A DNA stretch of 61,609 bases, counting the filler. It is 4 parts of 4 records of this genome, joined end to end, with 100 filler letters (N's around TTAATTAATTAA, not from the genome) between each part and the next. Parts side by side here need not be neighbours in the genome. Positions count along the whole stretch, not along the records: positions 44,764 to 61,609 come from SRR22947727_4999; 3 more parts are not named here. The stretch is one strand, 5' to 3'. The notes beneath the pieces are model-generated. The model did no database searches. It worked only from the letters and a program-made list of their open reading frames with translations, and was not told where the DNA came from. Shown in pieces: positions 49,724-60,253 of the stretch. A program made the position numbers and the translations under genes. Position 1 is the stretch's first letter. Each line of letters starts with the position of its first letter.

Positions 49724-50113
49724 ATGGCGTTCGAGTTCCCCGCCGCCTACCGCTTTGCCGACAGCCACGAATACGCCCATCTCGATGGTGAGCTCATTCG
49801 CGTTGGCATCAGTGCTTTTGCTGTTGATCAGCTCGGCGACATTGTTTTTGTTGATCTCCCTGATGTGGGAGCCAGCCTCGATAAGGGCACCAGCTTTGGT
49901 TCTGTGGAGTCTGTGAAAGCTGTCGAAGATATGTATGCCCCCATTGCAGGGGAAGTGGTCGAGCGCAATGAAGCGGTGCTGGCGAGCCCTGAAGAACTCC
50001 AGAACGATCCCCATGGCGCGGGATGGCTTCTGGTGGTGCGTCCAAGTGATCCGGCGCAACTCGAGAGTTTGCTTGATTCAGCCACATATTCCGCGAAAGT
50101 GAACGCCGGCTGA
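49724..50113 (+). CDS. gcvH: Glycine cleavage system H protein
   Basis: SHEY, QLGDIVFV, SVESVKAV (lipoyl Lys). Confidence 0.96.
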   Translation: MAFEFPAAYRFADSHEYAHLDGELIRVGISAFAVDQLGDIVFVDLPDVGASLDKGTSFGSVESVKAVEDMYAPIAGEVVERNEAVLASPEELQNDPHGAGWLLVVRPSDPAQLESLLDSATYSAKVNAG

Positions 50114-50167
50114 TGACGGGAGGCGGTCACCCTTCTTTAAGATCACCGCCTTCCCCCGCTGCAGACC

Positions 50168-53056
50168 GTGACTTCCCCTTTTCTGCAGCGGCATTTGGGC
50201 CCCAGCGATGCTGAGCAGCACCAGATGCTGCAAACGCTGGGATACCAGCATTTGGATGATTTCATCAAGGACGTTGTCCCCGACGACATCCTTGATGCCG
50301 CCCCGCCCCGCGACGTGCTTCCTGCAGGGTGTGGCGAAGCTGAGGCACTGGCAGATCTCAGCACGATCGCTGCGAAGAATCTTGTTCAACGATCGCTGAT
50401 TGGTCTCGGATATCACGGCACAGCAACGCCGGCGTTGATTCAACGCCACGTGTTTGAGAACCCTGCCTGGTACACCGCCTACACCCCTTATCAAGCTGAG
50501 ATTGCCCAAGGGCGGCTTGAGGCGTTGCTGAATTTTCAAACGTTGATCAGTGAGCTCACTGGGCTTCCGATCGCGAATGCTTCCTTACTGGATGAAGCCA
50601 CGGCCGCGGCAGAAGCCATGGGCTTGAGCTTTGGTGTGTGTCGACGTCCCGAAGCGAATCGTTTCCTCGTTGATTGCCATGTGCTCCCACAGACCTGGGC
50701 TGTGCTGCAAACCAGGGCGGAGCCGTTGGGAATTGAGCTTGAGCGGGTTGATCCCGAGCAGATGGCTTTCGAGACGCGGGTGTTTGGGGTGCTGTTGCAA
50801 CTCCCTGGCGCGGATGGTCTGCTCTGGGACCCCACCACGCTGATCGAACGTGCCCATGAGATCGGTGCTCTGGTAACGGTGGCGATTGATCCGTTGGCGC
50901 AGACTTTGTTCGCGCCCGTTGCAGATTTTGGTGCTGATATCGCTGTGGGCAGTGCCCAACGTTTTGGTGTGCCGATGGGATTCGGCGGCCCTCACGCAGC
51001 ATTTTTTGCGACGCGGGAGGCCTATAAGCGTCAGATTCCTGGGCGGCTTGTAGGGGAGTCGAAGGATGCCGAGGGCAATCCTGCTTTGCGCTTGGCATTA
51101 CAGACCCGTGAGCAGCACATCCGCAGGGATAAGGCCACGAGCAACATTTGTACGGCGCAAGTGTTGCTGGCGGTGATCGCTTCGTTTTATGCGGTGCACC
51201 ATGGCCCCGATGGTCTTCGAGCTATCGCCGAACGGCTTGTTGGCCTTCGTCTTCAATTCGAAGCGGGCCTTCGCACGCTGGATGTCGCGGTGGAGCAGGC
51301 CGACCGTTTCGACACCGTTACCGTCACCACCACGCATGCGCCGGCTGTGCACGCAGCGGCGGCCGAGGCGGGATTCAATCTGAGGGTTCTCCCTGATGGT
51401 GTGCCGGCGTCCCAAGCCACCGGATTCGGCGTCAGCTTCGATGAATTCAGTGATCAGCAGGAGGTGGCCCACCTCCTGGAAGCAGTTGCTAATGGGGTTG
51501 GCAAGCCCCTGCCCACGGCGTCTGCCTCTGCAGCCGACACCTCTGCAGACATTGCGTTGCCCTCACTCCCCTCCCGGATACGTCCTTGGCTGACTCAGCC
51601 AGCGTTCCATCGCTACCGCAGCGAAACGGAGCTCATGCGCTACATCCAGCGCTTGGTGAGTCGCGACCTGTCGCTGGTGCATGGAATGATCCCGCTGGGT
51701 AGCTGCACGATGAAGCTGAATGCAGCCGCAGAACTTCTGCCAGTGAGCTGGCCGGAGTTCGCCCGCTTGCATCCTTTTGCACCTTTGGATCAGGCGTTGG
51801 GCTATCGCCATCTCGCCGACGATTTAGAGCGTTGGCTGGCGGCCCTTACCGGTTTCGCCGCTGTTTCATTGCAGCCCAACGCTGGCTCTCAGGGTGAATA
51901 CGCCGGGTTGTTGGTGATCCGTGCCTGGCACCGCTCCCGCGGGGACAACCACAGAGATATTTGTCTGATCCCTACCAGTGCCCATGGCACTAATCCCGCT
52001 AGCGCAGTGATGGCGGGCCTCAAAGTTGTGGCGGTGGCCTGTGACGCGGAAGGCAACATCGATCAAGACGACCTTGCAGCGCGGGCAACGGAGTACGCCG
52101 ATCGGCTTGCGGCCTTGATGGTCACCTACCCCTCAACCCATGGGGTATTTGAGACCGGGATTCGTCATATCTGTGAGGTGGTCCATCACCATGGCGGTCA
52201 GGTGTATCTCGATGGCGCCAATCTCAATGCGCAGGTGGGCCTCTCTCGACCCGGAGCCTTCGGTGCCGATGTTTGCCATTTGAATCTGCATAAAACGTTC
52301 TGCATTCCCCACGGCGGCGGTGGTCCAGGGGTTGGCCCGATCGGTGTGGCGGCTCATCTGGCGCCGTTCTTGCCTGGGCATCCCTTTGAAAATCAAACTG
52401 CTTCGGCCATCGGGCCCGTGTCTGCAGCAGCTCTGGGGAGTGCCAGCATCCTTCCGATCAGTTGGATGTACTTACGGATGATGGGGGCGGATGCACTCCG
52501 TCAGGCCAGTGCCGTTGCGCTGTTGTCGGCCAATTATTTGGCCCACCGTCTCGATGACCATTTCCCGGTGTTATTCCGTGGTGCCACGGGCCGTGTTGCC
52601 CATGAATGCATCCTCGATCTGCGACCACTGAAGCGAGATGCAGGCATCGATGTCGATGACATCGCTAAGCGATTGATGGATTACGGCTTCCATGCCCCAA
52701 CCGTCAGTTGGCCTGTGGCAGGCACCGTGATGGTGGAGCCCACGGAAAGCGAAAGCTTGTCGGAATTGGATCGGTTCGCTGATGCCTTAATCGCCATCCG
52801 TGACGAGGTTCGAGCGATTGAAACGGGGGCGATGGATGCCTTGAACAATCCCCTGAAGCGTGCTCCCCACACCATGGCTGCGGTGATGGCCGATGTTTGG
52901 GATCGTCCCTATAGCCGCCAGCAGGCTGCATTCCCCTTGCCCGATCAAACCCAAAGCAAGGTGTGGCCCGCCGTGGCTCGGATTGATAACGCCTTTGGCG
53001 ACAGAAATCTGGTCTGTACCTGTCCGTCCGTGGAAGCCGTTGCCATTGCGGCCTAA
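50168..53056 (+). CDS. gcvP: Glycine dehydrogenase (P protein)
   Basis: [46 protein letters not shown]. Confidence 0.97.
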   Translation: MTSPFLQRHLGPSDAEQHQMLQTLGYQHLDDFIKDVVPDDILDAAPPRDVLPAGCGEAEALADLSTIAAKNLVQRSLIGLGYHGTATPALIQRHVFENPAWYTAYTPYQAEIAQGRLEALLNFQTLISELTGLPIANASLLDEATAAAEAMGLSFGVCRRPEANRFLVDCHVLPQTWAVLQTRAEPLGIELERVDPEQMAFETRVFGVLLQLPGADGLLWDPTTLIERAHEIGALVTVAIDPLAQTLFAPVADFGADIAVGSAQRFGVPMGFGGPHAAFFATREAYKRQIPGRLVGESKDAEGNPALRLALQTREQHIRRDKATSNICTAQVLLAVIASFYAVHHGPDGLRAIAERLVGLRLQFEAGLRTLDVAVEQADRFDTVTVTTTHAPAVHAAAAEAGFNLRVLPDGVPASQATGFGVSFDEFSDQQEVAHLLEAVANGVGKPLPTASASAADTSADIALPSLPSRIRPWLTQPAFHRYRSETELMRYIQRLVSRDLSLVHGMIPLGSCTMKLNAAAELLPVSWPEFARLHPFAPLDQALGYRHLADDLERWLAALTGFAAVSLQPNAGSQGEYAGLLVIRAWHRSRGDNHRDICLIPTSAHGTNPASAVMAGLKVVAVACDAEGNIDQDDLAARATEYADRLAALMVTYPSTHGVFETGIRHICEVVHHHGGQVYLDGANLNAQVGLSRPGAFGADVCHLNLHKTFCIPHGGGGPGVGPIGVAAHLAPFLPGHPFENQTASAIGPVSAAALGSASILPISWMYLRMMGADALRQASAVALLSANYLAHRLDDHFPVLFRGATGRVAHECILDLRPLKRDAGIDVDDIAKRLMDYGFHAPTVSWPVAGTVMVEPTESESLSELDRFADALIAIRDEVRAIETGAMDALNNPLKRAPHTMAAVMADVWDRPYSRQQAAFPLPDQTQSKVWPAVARIDNAFGDRNLVCTCPSVEAVAIAA

Positions 53057-53196
53057 TTCGCCGCCTCGGGCTGGCGCTTTGTCTCTACAGGAAGTAAATT
53101 TTTACTGAAAACCGAATTAATTGGTTTGATTTCACTAACCGCTCTGGCGGCTGAAGTCAAACTATGCGGCAACTGATTCGTCTGTCGGGGGACACC

Positions 53197-53451
53197 ATGG
53201 ATCGGGACAACACCACCAATTTGGGTCTTGGAACCTTGCAAGCTCCAAGCCTTCCACAACTGCCTGAAGGCTTGGAATCAGCCTTCAATCGCGGCCATAC
53301 GCTTTCCATCGAAGGCACGAATGTTGTTCGTGTGCCATTTGGAGTGCGTGAGGCCCGTCGAACTCGCCCTAAGCGGCCTGATCATTGGGCAACCCTGGTG
53401 ATTCCTCTGCAACCGATCGGAAATCCAACGCCACCACCAGCTGCCGCTTGA
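53197..53451 (+). CDS. Conserved picocyanobacterial hypothetical protein
   Basis: ATG at 53197 after a GGGGG run; plausible codon usage. Confidence 0.55.
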   Translation: MDRDNTTNLGLGTLQAPSLPQLPEGLESAFNRGHTLSIEGTNVVRVPFGVREARRTRPKRPDHWATLVIPLQPIGNPTPPPAAA

Positions 53452-53453
53452 AC

Positions 53454-53660
53454 TCAAGCGGCGTTGATCTCTGTGCTGTCTTTCGACAGCCTCCAGTCGA
53501 GTAGAGCTTTCACATCCGCTAACGAACAGGATGGTGTTCGAAAGGGCAGCAATCGCATGGGGCTGCGTTCGGGGCGCACCAGCCATCCTTTGTTGGTTTG
53601 TTCCAGCAGGAGGAATCCGCGGTAGCGGACGATGACCTCCTGACCAAGCAAAAACCCCAT
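53454..53660 (-). CDS. Conserved picocyanobacterial hypothetical protein
   Basis: RYRGFLLL...WLVRPERSPM.LLPFRT; convergent with the previous ORF. Confidence 0.65.
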   Translation of the reverse strand: MGFLLGQEVIVRYRGFLLLEQTNKGWLVRPERSPMRLLPFRTPSCSLADVKALLDWRLSKDSTEINAA

Positions 53661-53837
53661 CGCTCAGGGAATCAATTGGTTGAAGTAAATCCATTTCAGG
53701 GCACAACATGTGGTGTGCCACTCAACCGCTGATTTTTTTTAGGATTGAACAGATTGGGTTGTCATCTGTTGACAAATCCGAGGCTTGAACTGCGCTTGCA
53801 CTTGTTTTTGTTGGTACTTAGTGGCAGGAAGATTGAT

Positions 53838-53851
53838 GTATTACCGGATAC
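53838..53851. promoter_or_regulatory. Putative NtcA box (GTA-N8-TAC)
   Basis: tGTAttaccggaTACt in intergenic DNA upstream of the 53454-53660 gene. Confidence 0.45.
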
Positions 53852-53945
53852 TTTTTTGGGTTGCTCATTGGGCAGGCACCACAGGTAGTGCTTTTGGTCA
53901 ATCCACCAACGCAAGTGTTGGCAGCGTTCTTCTTGCAGATCGGTC

Positions 53946-54476
53946 TCAGAGCTTCAACGGCTGTTGTTGCAACAGGCGTTGAAGGAGGTCGTCAATGCTG
54001 TCGTCGTTGGCGGGTTTGGCGTAATTGCTAAGCAATTGCCGGCCCATCACTTCTGCGCCGAGATGGGCGAGTTGGATCCGCATCGAGATCAACGCTTCCA
54101 TGCCTCCTCCTCCGGAATGGGTGGCCATGGCAATGGGTCGGCCATTGAAGAGGCCGCGGAAGTCATCGCCTTGAACCGAAAGCCAGGCAATGGCGTTGCT
54201 GAGGCATGGCGGGATCGACCCGTTGTATTCCGGAGCGCAAATCACCCAGCGAGGAGTTGTGGCCAGCAACTCCTGGAGAGGGGCAATGGCCGTTGGTATC
54301 CCATGGGCTGCTTGGGCTCTTGGCGTGAACAGGGGAAGGTCGAGCGTGGTGAGATCCAGCAGTTCTGCCCGTTGGCCGAGGCTGCGGGCGCTGGCTTGAA
54401 ACCGTTCGGCCAACTTGAGGTTTTCACCATTGCTGGCCGTGATCACCAACACATCGAGCGGTGTGTCTGAGCTCAT
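53946..54476 (-). CDS. NADPH-dependent FMN reductase
   Basis: APEYNGSIPP.L.NAI.WLS motif. Confidence 0.88.
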   Translation of the reverse strand: MSSDTPLDVLVITASNGENLKLAERFQASARSLGQRAELLDLTTLDLPLFTPRAQAAHGIPTAIAPLQELLATTPRWVICAPEYNGSIPPCLSNAIAWLSVQGDDFRGLFNGRPIAMATHSGGGGMEALISMRIQLAHLGAEVMGRQLLSNYAKPANDDSIDDLLQRLLQQQPLKL

Positions 54477-54585
54477 GACGAGAATCTCGACGATCGACGT
54501 AGAAGTTTGCCCGACATCTTTGGGGTAAGGCCATGGCCTGCGCAGCTGTGAGGCTGATCGAGTGGTGGCACCCCTGAGCCAAGCG

Positions 54586-55317
54586 TCAGGGGGTCTTCAA
54601 TTCCGCTCCGCGGTAGGGCACGAAGCTGGCTTTGAGCGCCCCGCAAATCGTGCAACACCAATCATCTGGAATTGCTTCGAAGGGTGTGCCCGGCTCAATT
54701 CCGGAGTCGGGATCACCGTCTTTGGGGTCGTAAATCATCGAGCACACCTTGCAGATCCACAGGCCGGAGACGGGCTCATCGGCTTCGCCAGACTTCCCTC
54801 CTCCCTCTAAAGCCTTTAAGGCCACGCCATAGCGTTCCGCATGGTGCTGCTCGATGGGCGACAGCAGGCCAAAGTTTTTAGCCGCTGTGTGGAAGATACC
54901 GGCGTGTTCCTTTGATTCGTTCACTTGTCCTTGAAACTCTTCTTCGGCCCCCTGATCGCGATCAGTGCAAGCTTGGGTTGCGAACTCTGGGTACATCGTT
55001 GTGTACTCATAGGTCTCGCCTTCAATCGCCAGGTCGAGGCACTGCTTGAGGATGGCGTTTTTCTGATCGCCGCTGAGTTTGGCGGCATCACCGATCACCA
55101 GCTCCGGGTGGAGCAAGCGGAAATGGGCGAAGGCATGCTCGGTTTCCTGAGCAGCCGTCTCGCGGAAGAGTTTCGCGAGATCGTTATGGCCTAATTGCTT
55201 GGCGACATCAGCAAAGAAGAGATATTTGCGATTCGCCATGCTTTCTCCTCCGAAAGCGGCTTCGAGGTTGGCTTGAGTGCCTGGCTTTGAAAGATCCAAT
55301 GCATTTCGGCGTATCAA
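54586..55317 (-). CDS. Rubrerythrin with C-terminal rubredoxin domain
   Basis: [31 protein letters not shown]...GDPDSGI.PGT.F...PDDWCCTIC. Confidence 0.9.
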   Translation of the reverse strand: MIRRNALDLSKPGTQANLEAAFGGESMANRKYLFFADVAKQLGHNDLAKLFRETAAQETEHAFAHFRLLHPELVIGDAAKLSGDQKNAILKQCLDLAIEGETYEYTTMYPEFATQACTDRDQGAEEEFQGQVNESKEHAGIFHTAAKNFGLLSPIEQHHAERYGVALKALEGGGKSGEADEPVSGLWICKVCSMIYDPKDGDPDSGIEPGTPFEAIPDDWCCTICGALKASFVPYRGAELKTP

Positions 55318-55361
55318 ATGACTCTACAGCAACTCATACTCGTTATGAGTTCGCTTTGGGT

Positions 55362-57158
55362 TTAGTAGTTGGCCCCGCTGCGCCGATGGTGGACCGCTGT
55401 TTGGCCTTCAGCGTCGAAAAGGCCCCCATGGTTCACCTCGGCGTAGATCAGCCAATGGTCGCCACATTCCATGCGTTGTTTCACGCTGCCTTCCAGCCAA
55501 GCCAAGGCTTCCGGCAGGAGCGGCTGATCGCCTGGGCTGGTTTCTAGTTCGAGGCCCTCGAAGCGATTCGCCCCCGGTTCAAATGGTTGGAGAAATTGCT
55601 TCATTAGGCCGCTCTCCCGTCCATCTGCCAAAACATTGAGAGCGAAACAGTCGCCTTTGTGCAGCAGAGCTTCGACAGCTCGATCTTTGGCAACGGCTAC
55701 GGTGATTCCAGGTGGTGTGAAGCTGGCTTGGCTCACCCAGCTGGCCACCATGGCACCGCTGAGGTCACCTTTTTGAGTCGTTAACACGCACAGCGATCCC
55801 AACACCCGTCCGAGGGCCAGAACGGCTGGATCGCTTCGGCTTTCGCTGAGCCCACCCGCACTGCGGCGTTGAGCCCGTTTCTGAGCGTTGAGGAGTTGGC
55901 GTCCAAACCGTGTTCCGGTTTCCTCCAGTTCCTTCACTTTCGCGGTGTCGGGGCTGAATTTCACCCGAATGGGATCGAACCCAAAACTGAAGCCGCCATC
56001 GCGGAGCTTGGTTTCCAGCAGGTCGACCGCCTCTCCACTCCAGCCATAGCTTCCAAACACTCCAACAGGCTTGTGGCGGTCTCCTTCTGCCAAGAGTGTT
56101 CCGAGTGCCGACACGATTGGGGTTGGTGCGTGTCCCCCGAGGGTGGGGGAGCCGATCAAAATCGCATCAGCTTCTTTGATGGTGTTCACCAGTTCATCGG
56201 CAGGGGTGAACTCACAGTTGAGGCTGTTCACACGAATGCCGGTGCGGTTCACGCCTTGGGCCAGGGCATCCGCGATCGCTGCCGTGTTGCCATAGGCGCT
56301 TGCGAATAGCAGAGCCACGTTGAGGCTGGCCTTGTTTTGCCCTTCTCCCCAACGGCGGTAATCGTTTAACAAGCTGCGCCAGCTCGCTTCAATCGCAGGC
56401 CCGTGACCAGGAACCAAGGTGCGGATGTCCAGCTCCTCAATGCGTTCCACGAGGCCGTCCACTTGGCGCGCCATCGGAGCCATTAAACAGTCATAGAAAT
56501 GACGTCGCTCCTCCTCAGTGCTGCTGCGGTTCGCTTCGGCCCATGTGTCTGTACATAGGTGGGCGCCGAAAAATTTCCCGCTCATCAAAAGCCCGAGAGT
56601 GTCCTCGAAGGCCAGCAGTCCGCCGGGCCAGCGGGGCGTTGGAGCGGGAAGCAGCAGCAGGTTGCGATCGTGCGCGAGAGCCAGACTCTGCTCCTGGCGA
56701 ATCACCCGAAGGGGTGGCAGCGGGGGCAGTGGTGGTTGCTCGGCTTCTTCGCCGGGAGCTGCGGGTTTGCGTTGGCTCCAGAGCTCTTCCAGCAACTTTG
56801 CGCCTGGATTCGAGGCAATCAGCTCGAGCTTGGGATAAACCTCGGCCAGGCTGCGCAGCAGAGCAATCCGGTTCGGGTTCACGTGGCCTACCACCACCAG
56901 CAGTGGTTGTTCCACGTCGCCCAGCAGGGTGTTGAGCTGTGGCAAGAACACGGAGCTGTACGCCGCTCCTGGAGGATGGACGAGCACGGCAGCAGCTCCA
57001 TCTCCGGCTTCGAACAGCACGCTGTTGGCGGTACTGCCGCGCTCTAAGGCGTACTCCAGTTCAAAGCGATGGCGCTCAGGGCTTAGCCCCCTGAGACAAA
57101 GCACGCCGGTGTCGATGGGTAATTGAATTGTGCGACGCCCTGCAGCAGTGCTCACCAC
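55362..57158 (-). CDS. flv1: Class C flavodiiron protein, non-canonical diiron site (Flv1 type)
   Basis: Beta-lactamase, flavodoxin (SAYGNT) and flavin reductase domains. GHVNPNR replaces HxExDH. Confidence 0.85.
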   Translation of the reverse strand: MVSTAAGRRTIQLPIDTGVLCLRGLSPERHRFELEYALERGSTANSVLFEAGDGAAAVLVHPPGAAYSSVFLPQLNTLLGDVEQPLLVVVGHVNPNRIALLRSLAEVYPKLELIASNPGAKLLEELWSQRKPAAPGEEAEQPPLPPLPPLRVIRQEQSLALAHDRNLLLLPAPTPRWPGGLLAFEDTLGLLMSGKFFGAHLCTDTWAEANRSSTEEERRHFYDCLMAPMARQVDGLVERIEELDIRTLVPGHGPAIEASWRSLLNDYRRWGEGQNKASLNVALLFASAYGNTAAIADALAQGVNRTGIRVNSLNCEFTPADELVNTIKEADAILIGSPTLGGHAPTPIVSALGTLLAEGDRHKPVGVFGSYGWSGEAVDLLETKLRDGGFSFGFDPIRVKFSPDTAKVKELEETGTRFGRQLLNAQKRAQRRSAGGLSESRSDPAVLALGRVLGSLCVLTTQKGDLSGAMVASWVSQASFTPPGITVAVAKDRAVEALLHKGDCFALNVLADGRESGLMKQFLQPFEPGANRFEGLELETSPGDQPLLPEALAWLEGSVKQRMECGDHWLIYAEVNHGGLFDAEGQTAVHHRRSGANY

Positions 57159-57280
57159 GCGCTTCCTTGATCGGTCTTGAATCTAGGTGGAGTGACCCCT
57201 CGGAATGGCTGCGGTACAACGGTCATGAACAGCGATGATTCGCTTGGATCGCTGGTTGAGTTGTTGAATCAGGTTGCGAA

Positions 57281-58411
57281 ATGGCACAGACCGTTGTTGT
57301 TGTTTCATCGCAGCTGATTACAACGCTCTCCGCATTGGCCTATTTGCGGAATCGCAACATCATTGGAACGGATCTTCGCGTTCTGTCGTTGGAACGGCTG
57401 GATCACGTTCATGCCGCCCATCCTTTTGAGGAGGTGTTGATCCGCCTGGCTGCGCGTGATGGTCATCGTTGTGTTTTTGGAGAACTCAGTGCTCTGCCAG
57501 CAGAGCCAGAAGGATTGATTTGTGATCTTGTGTTGTTGCCAAGGGTTGATCACAAACAGGGGTGGGAAGTGCTGCAGCATTGTTTGCCAGATGTTGTGAT
57601 TGAGCTGGGGGAATCGATTGGTGTGGAAGTCAAGCTGTATTCCTTTCAAGCGAGGCGATTGAGGCGTCGTTTGATTCATCGATTGCTCGAGTCGAGGCCG
57701 AATTTGAGCCTCGACTATTCCTATCTCGTTCCTTTACATCGAGCTGTTGACCAGTCGCGACTGCAGCATCTTCTAAGCTTTTGCTCAGACTTTTCAGCCA
57801 TGGTCGGTCAGAATTTGAGTGCATCAAAGCCTGCAATAAACTTTATCAATGGTGATACATTGCTGTGCCTCCCCTATCTAAAGGCGAAGAAGTGGCACCT
57901 TCGGGTCGAGCTATTTGGGCGAGTTAAGGGAATTAAGTGTTCTAATAAGTTTTACGATTGGAACTATTTTTTGACGAGAGTGCAGGGCTATGTCAATGGT
58001 CTAAGGGCTAACGGCGGGGTTGGTCCTCATCTCTATGTCCAAGCCCATCCCAAAAATCATCAAAATCTCAAATTGATCGAGCAGCAGTTGAATCGTGGGT
58101 TAAAGGGTGTTGGTAATATTCAATTAAAGGTTTTGCCCTGTGATGCTTCGCTTGAGCTCATTCTTTCTGCTTTAATCAACACGTTTCCGTCGCCGTGCAT
58201 CGAAATAGCAGGATTTGGGACAAATGTATTGTCGGCTGCTGCTTTTCTTTGTTCTCGCCCTCATAGCGTCGGCCTTTGCGATAGAAGGGCTGAATGGCGT
58301 ATTCAGCGACTGTGCAACTTTTGTTTTGATGGGCTTATTCATCGACGTGAATTGTTGCGGCAACGCCATGTTCAAAAGGCTCTCAATAACCTCCTTGCAG
58401 CGCTGCGTTAA
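57281..58411 (+). CDS. Hypothetical protein, possibly sialyltransferase/GT-B-like
   Basis: 376 aa, lower GC. VQAHPKN (HP motif) and LELI...IAGFGTNVLSAA resemble bacterial sialyltransferase C-terminal motifs. Confidence 0.45.
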   Translation: MAQTVVVVSSQLITTLSALAYLRNRNIIGTDLRVLSLERLDHVHAAHPFEEVLIRLAARDGHRCVFGELSALPAEPEGLICDLVLLPRVDHKQGWEVLQHCLPDVVIELGESIGVEVKLYSFQARRLRRRLIHRLLESRPNLSLDYSYLVPLHRAVDQSRLQHLLSFCSDFSAMVGQNLSASKPAINFINGDTLLCLPYLKAKKWHLRVELFGRVKGIKCSNKFYDWNYFLTRVQGYVNGLRANGGVGPHLYVQAHPKNHQNLKLIEQQLNRGLKGVGNIQLKVLPCDASLELILSALINTFPSPCIEIAGFGTNVLSAAAFLCSRPHSVGLCDRRAEWRIQRLCNFCFDGLIHRRELLRQRHVQKALNNLLAALR

Positions 58412-58422
58412 TCGGGCAAGTG

Positions 58423-60195
58423 TCAGTAGTGGTTGCCCACTTTGCGGTGATGAACAGCGGTGCTCCCGTCGGCATCGGCCACATTGCCCTGTTCCACGAC
58501 GGCGTAAATAATCCAGTGGTCGGGGCCTTCCATGCGTTGTTCAACGCGGCAGCCCAAGAAAGCCAGGGCATCGCTCAGCACAGGACCTCCATCGGCGACG
58601 TCATCCAACACTGCGACGCCTGCAAACCGATCGGCGCCGGGGGGGAACCGCTTCAGGAAATGACGGAGCAGCGGTTGATGGTTGTCATCGCGCAAGACGT
58701 TGAGAACGAAGCGGTCTCCTACTTGCATGAGGGCTTCAATCGCTCGGTCTTTGGCGACGGCGACGGTGAGTCCGGGAGGGCTGAAGCTGGCCTGACTCAC
58801 CCAGCTGGCCACCATGGCGCTGCGTCGCTGAGACTCTCCGGATCCCTGGCTAGCGGTCACCACATAAAGGCCACCACTCACCCGGCCCAGGGCCTTATCG
58901 AGATCGCCATCCAGGCTTTTCATCGCTGCAATGGTTTTCTCCTTGGTGAGCAGCTGGCCGAGGTCGGTTCCTGATTCTTCGCAGCGCTGGTAGTCGCTGC
59001 CTTGCGGTAGTTGACGGATACGCAGTGGGGCAAAGGCTTGTTTTTGACCTTGGCTGCGGAGTTGGTCTGCAACAGCGTCAATCGGTTCATCATTGCCGCC
59101 GAAAGCGTCGTAAACACCCACGAGCTGTTTGGGATTTAAGGCGGCAAGAAGCGTTCCAATGGCAGCTTGCATATCAGCATCCGGTTCTTCAGGCCATGTG
59201 GGAGCAACGACGGCCTTGGCATCACCAATTAAGGCCGTGAGTTCCTGTGGGTCGGTGGCGCGTAGGTCGACTAATTGCACTTGAGCATCGGCTTTGCCAA
59301 TGCCATGGGCGATGGCCTGGCTGATCCGATCTGAGAAGCCGTACTGACTGACGTAACAAACGGCGGCATAACTTTCACCCTTGCTGCGTTGGCCACTCCA
59401 TTCGCGGTAGTCGTTCAGCCAGTGGCTGAGGTGATGGCGCAACAGAGGGCCATGGCCAACAGCAACCGTGTTGATCTCCGGCAGGGAGTCCATGCGTTTC
59501 AACGCCTGCAAAACGCTGCGAGCGTTGGGCCCCATTAAGCAGTCGTAATAGAAGCGAAAGTCTGGAGCGATCGCGCCGGGATCACTGTCGAACAGTTCTT
59601 CAGAGCAGTAATGAAGTCCGAAGGCATCACAGGTGTAAAGCGTTCCCGTGCCGTGATCGAAGGAAAAAATCGTGTCTGGCCAGTGCAGGTTTGGGGCACT
59701 GAGGAATTCAAAGCGGTGTTGCACCCCGCTGTCTGGATTGGTGCCGAGATCTAATTCTTCGCCGCTTTTGACCGCTCGGGATCGGAACGGACGGTGCACT
59801 TGGTCTTGGAGAAATTGGATCGCCACTTTCGATCCCACGATTTCAATTTCAGGATTGAGATCGATAAGGTCACCAATCAGGCCTGAATGATCAGGCTCGG
59901 TGTGGCTCACGATTAAAAAATCGATCGCGCTGGGATCGATTTGATCGTTCAGTAATGGGATCCAGCTGTCCCTGAATTTGGCGTGGCTGCTATCGATCAG
60001 AGCTGTGCGCTCACCTCGCACCAGAAAGGAGTTGTAGGTGGTGCCATTGCGTAAACCGAATTCGATGTCGAAACGGCTGCGCTCCCAGTCGAGGGAGCGA
60101 ATTGTGGTTGTATCTGCCGCAATCGCTTCGCACTGGAGGCTTAAACGCTGTGCGGTAGGGGCAACAACCATGAAACCGACCATGACGGATTTCAA
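58423..60195 (-). CDS. flv3: Class C flavodiiron protein, canonical diiron site (Flv3 type)
   Basis: SHTEPDH, HWPD, CDAFG, GHGP; flavin reductase C-terminus. Confidence 0.88.
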   Translation of the reverse strand: MKSVMVGFMVVAPTAQRLSLQCEAIAADTTTIRSLDWERSRFDIEFGLRNGTTYNSFLVRGERTALIDSSHAKFRDSWIPLLNDQIDPSAIDFLIVSHTEPDHSGLIGDLIDLNPEIEIVGSKVAIQFLQDQVHRPFRSRAVKSGEELDLGTNPDSGVQHRFEFLSAPNLHWPDTIFSFDHGTGTLYTCDAFGLHYCSEELFDSDPGAIAPDFRFYYDCLMGPNARSVLQALKRMDSLPEINTVAVGHGPLLRHHLSHWLNDYREWSGQRSKGESYAAVCYVSQYGFSDRISQAIAHGIGKADAQVQLVDLRATDPQELTALIGDAKAVVAPTWPEEPDADMQAAIGTLLAALNPKQLVGVYDAFGGNDEPIDAVADQLRSQGQKQAFAPLRIRQLPQGSDYQRCEESGTDLGQLLTKEKTIAAMKSLDGDLDKALGRVSGGLYVVTASQGSGESQRRSAMVASWVSQASFSPPGLTVAVAKDRAIEALMQVGDRFVLNVLRDDNHQPLLRHFLKRFPPGADRFAGVAVLDDVADGGPVLSDALAFLGCRVEQRMEGPDHWIIYAVVEQGNVADADGSTAVHHRKVGNHY

Positions 60196-60253
60196 CTCTA
60201 AGAAGGCTGTTGGCTCCGATGACGCAGAAAATGGCAGAAATCGCTTGATCTTT

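Noticed and set aside
55362-57158. Flv1 as a pseudogene because of missing diiron ligands
   Set aside because: Non-canonical ligands are a known property of Flv1/Flv2-type proteins.
60038-60253. N-terminal extension of the NRAMP-like ORF
   Set aside because: Overlaps flv3 on the opposite strand; ATG 60254 gives a normal start.
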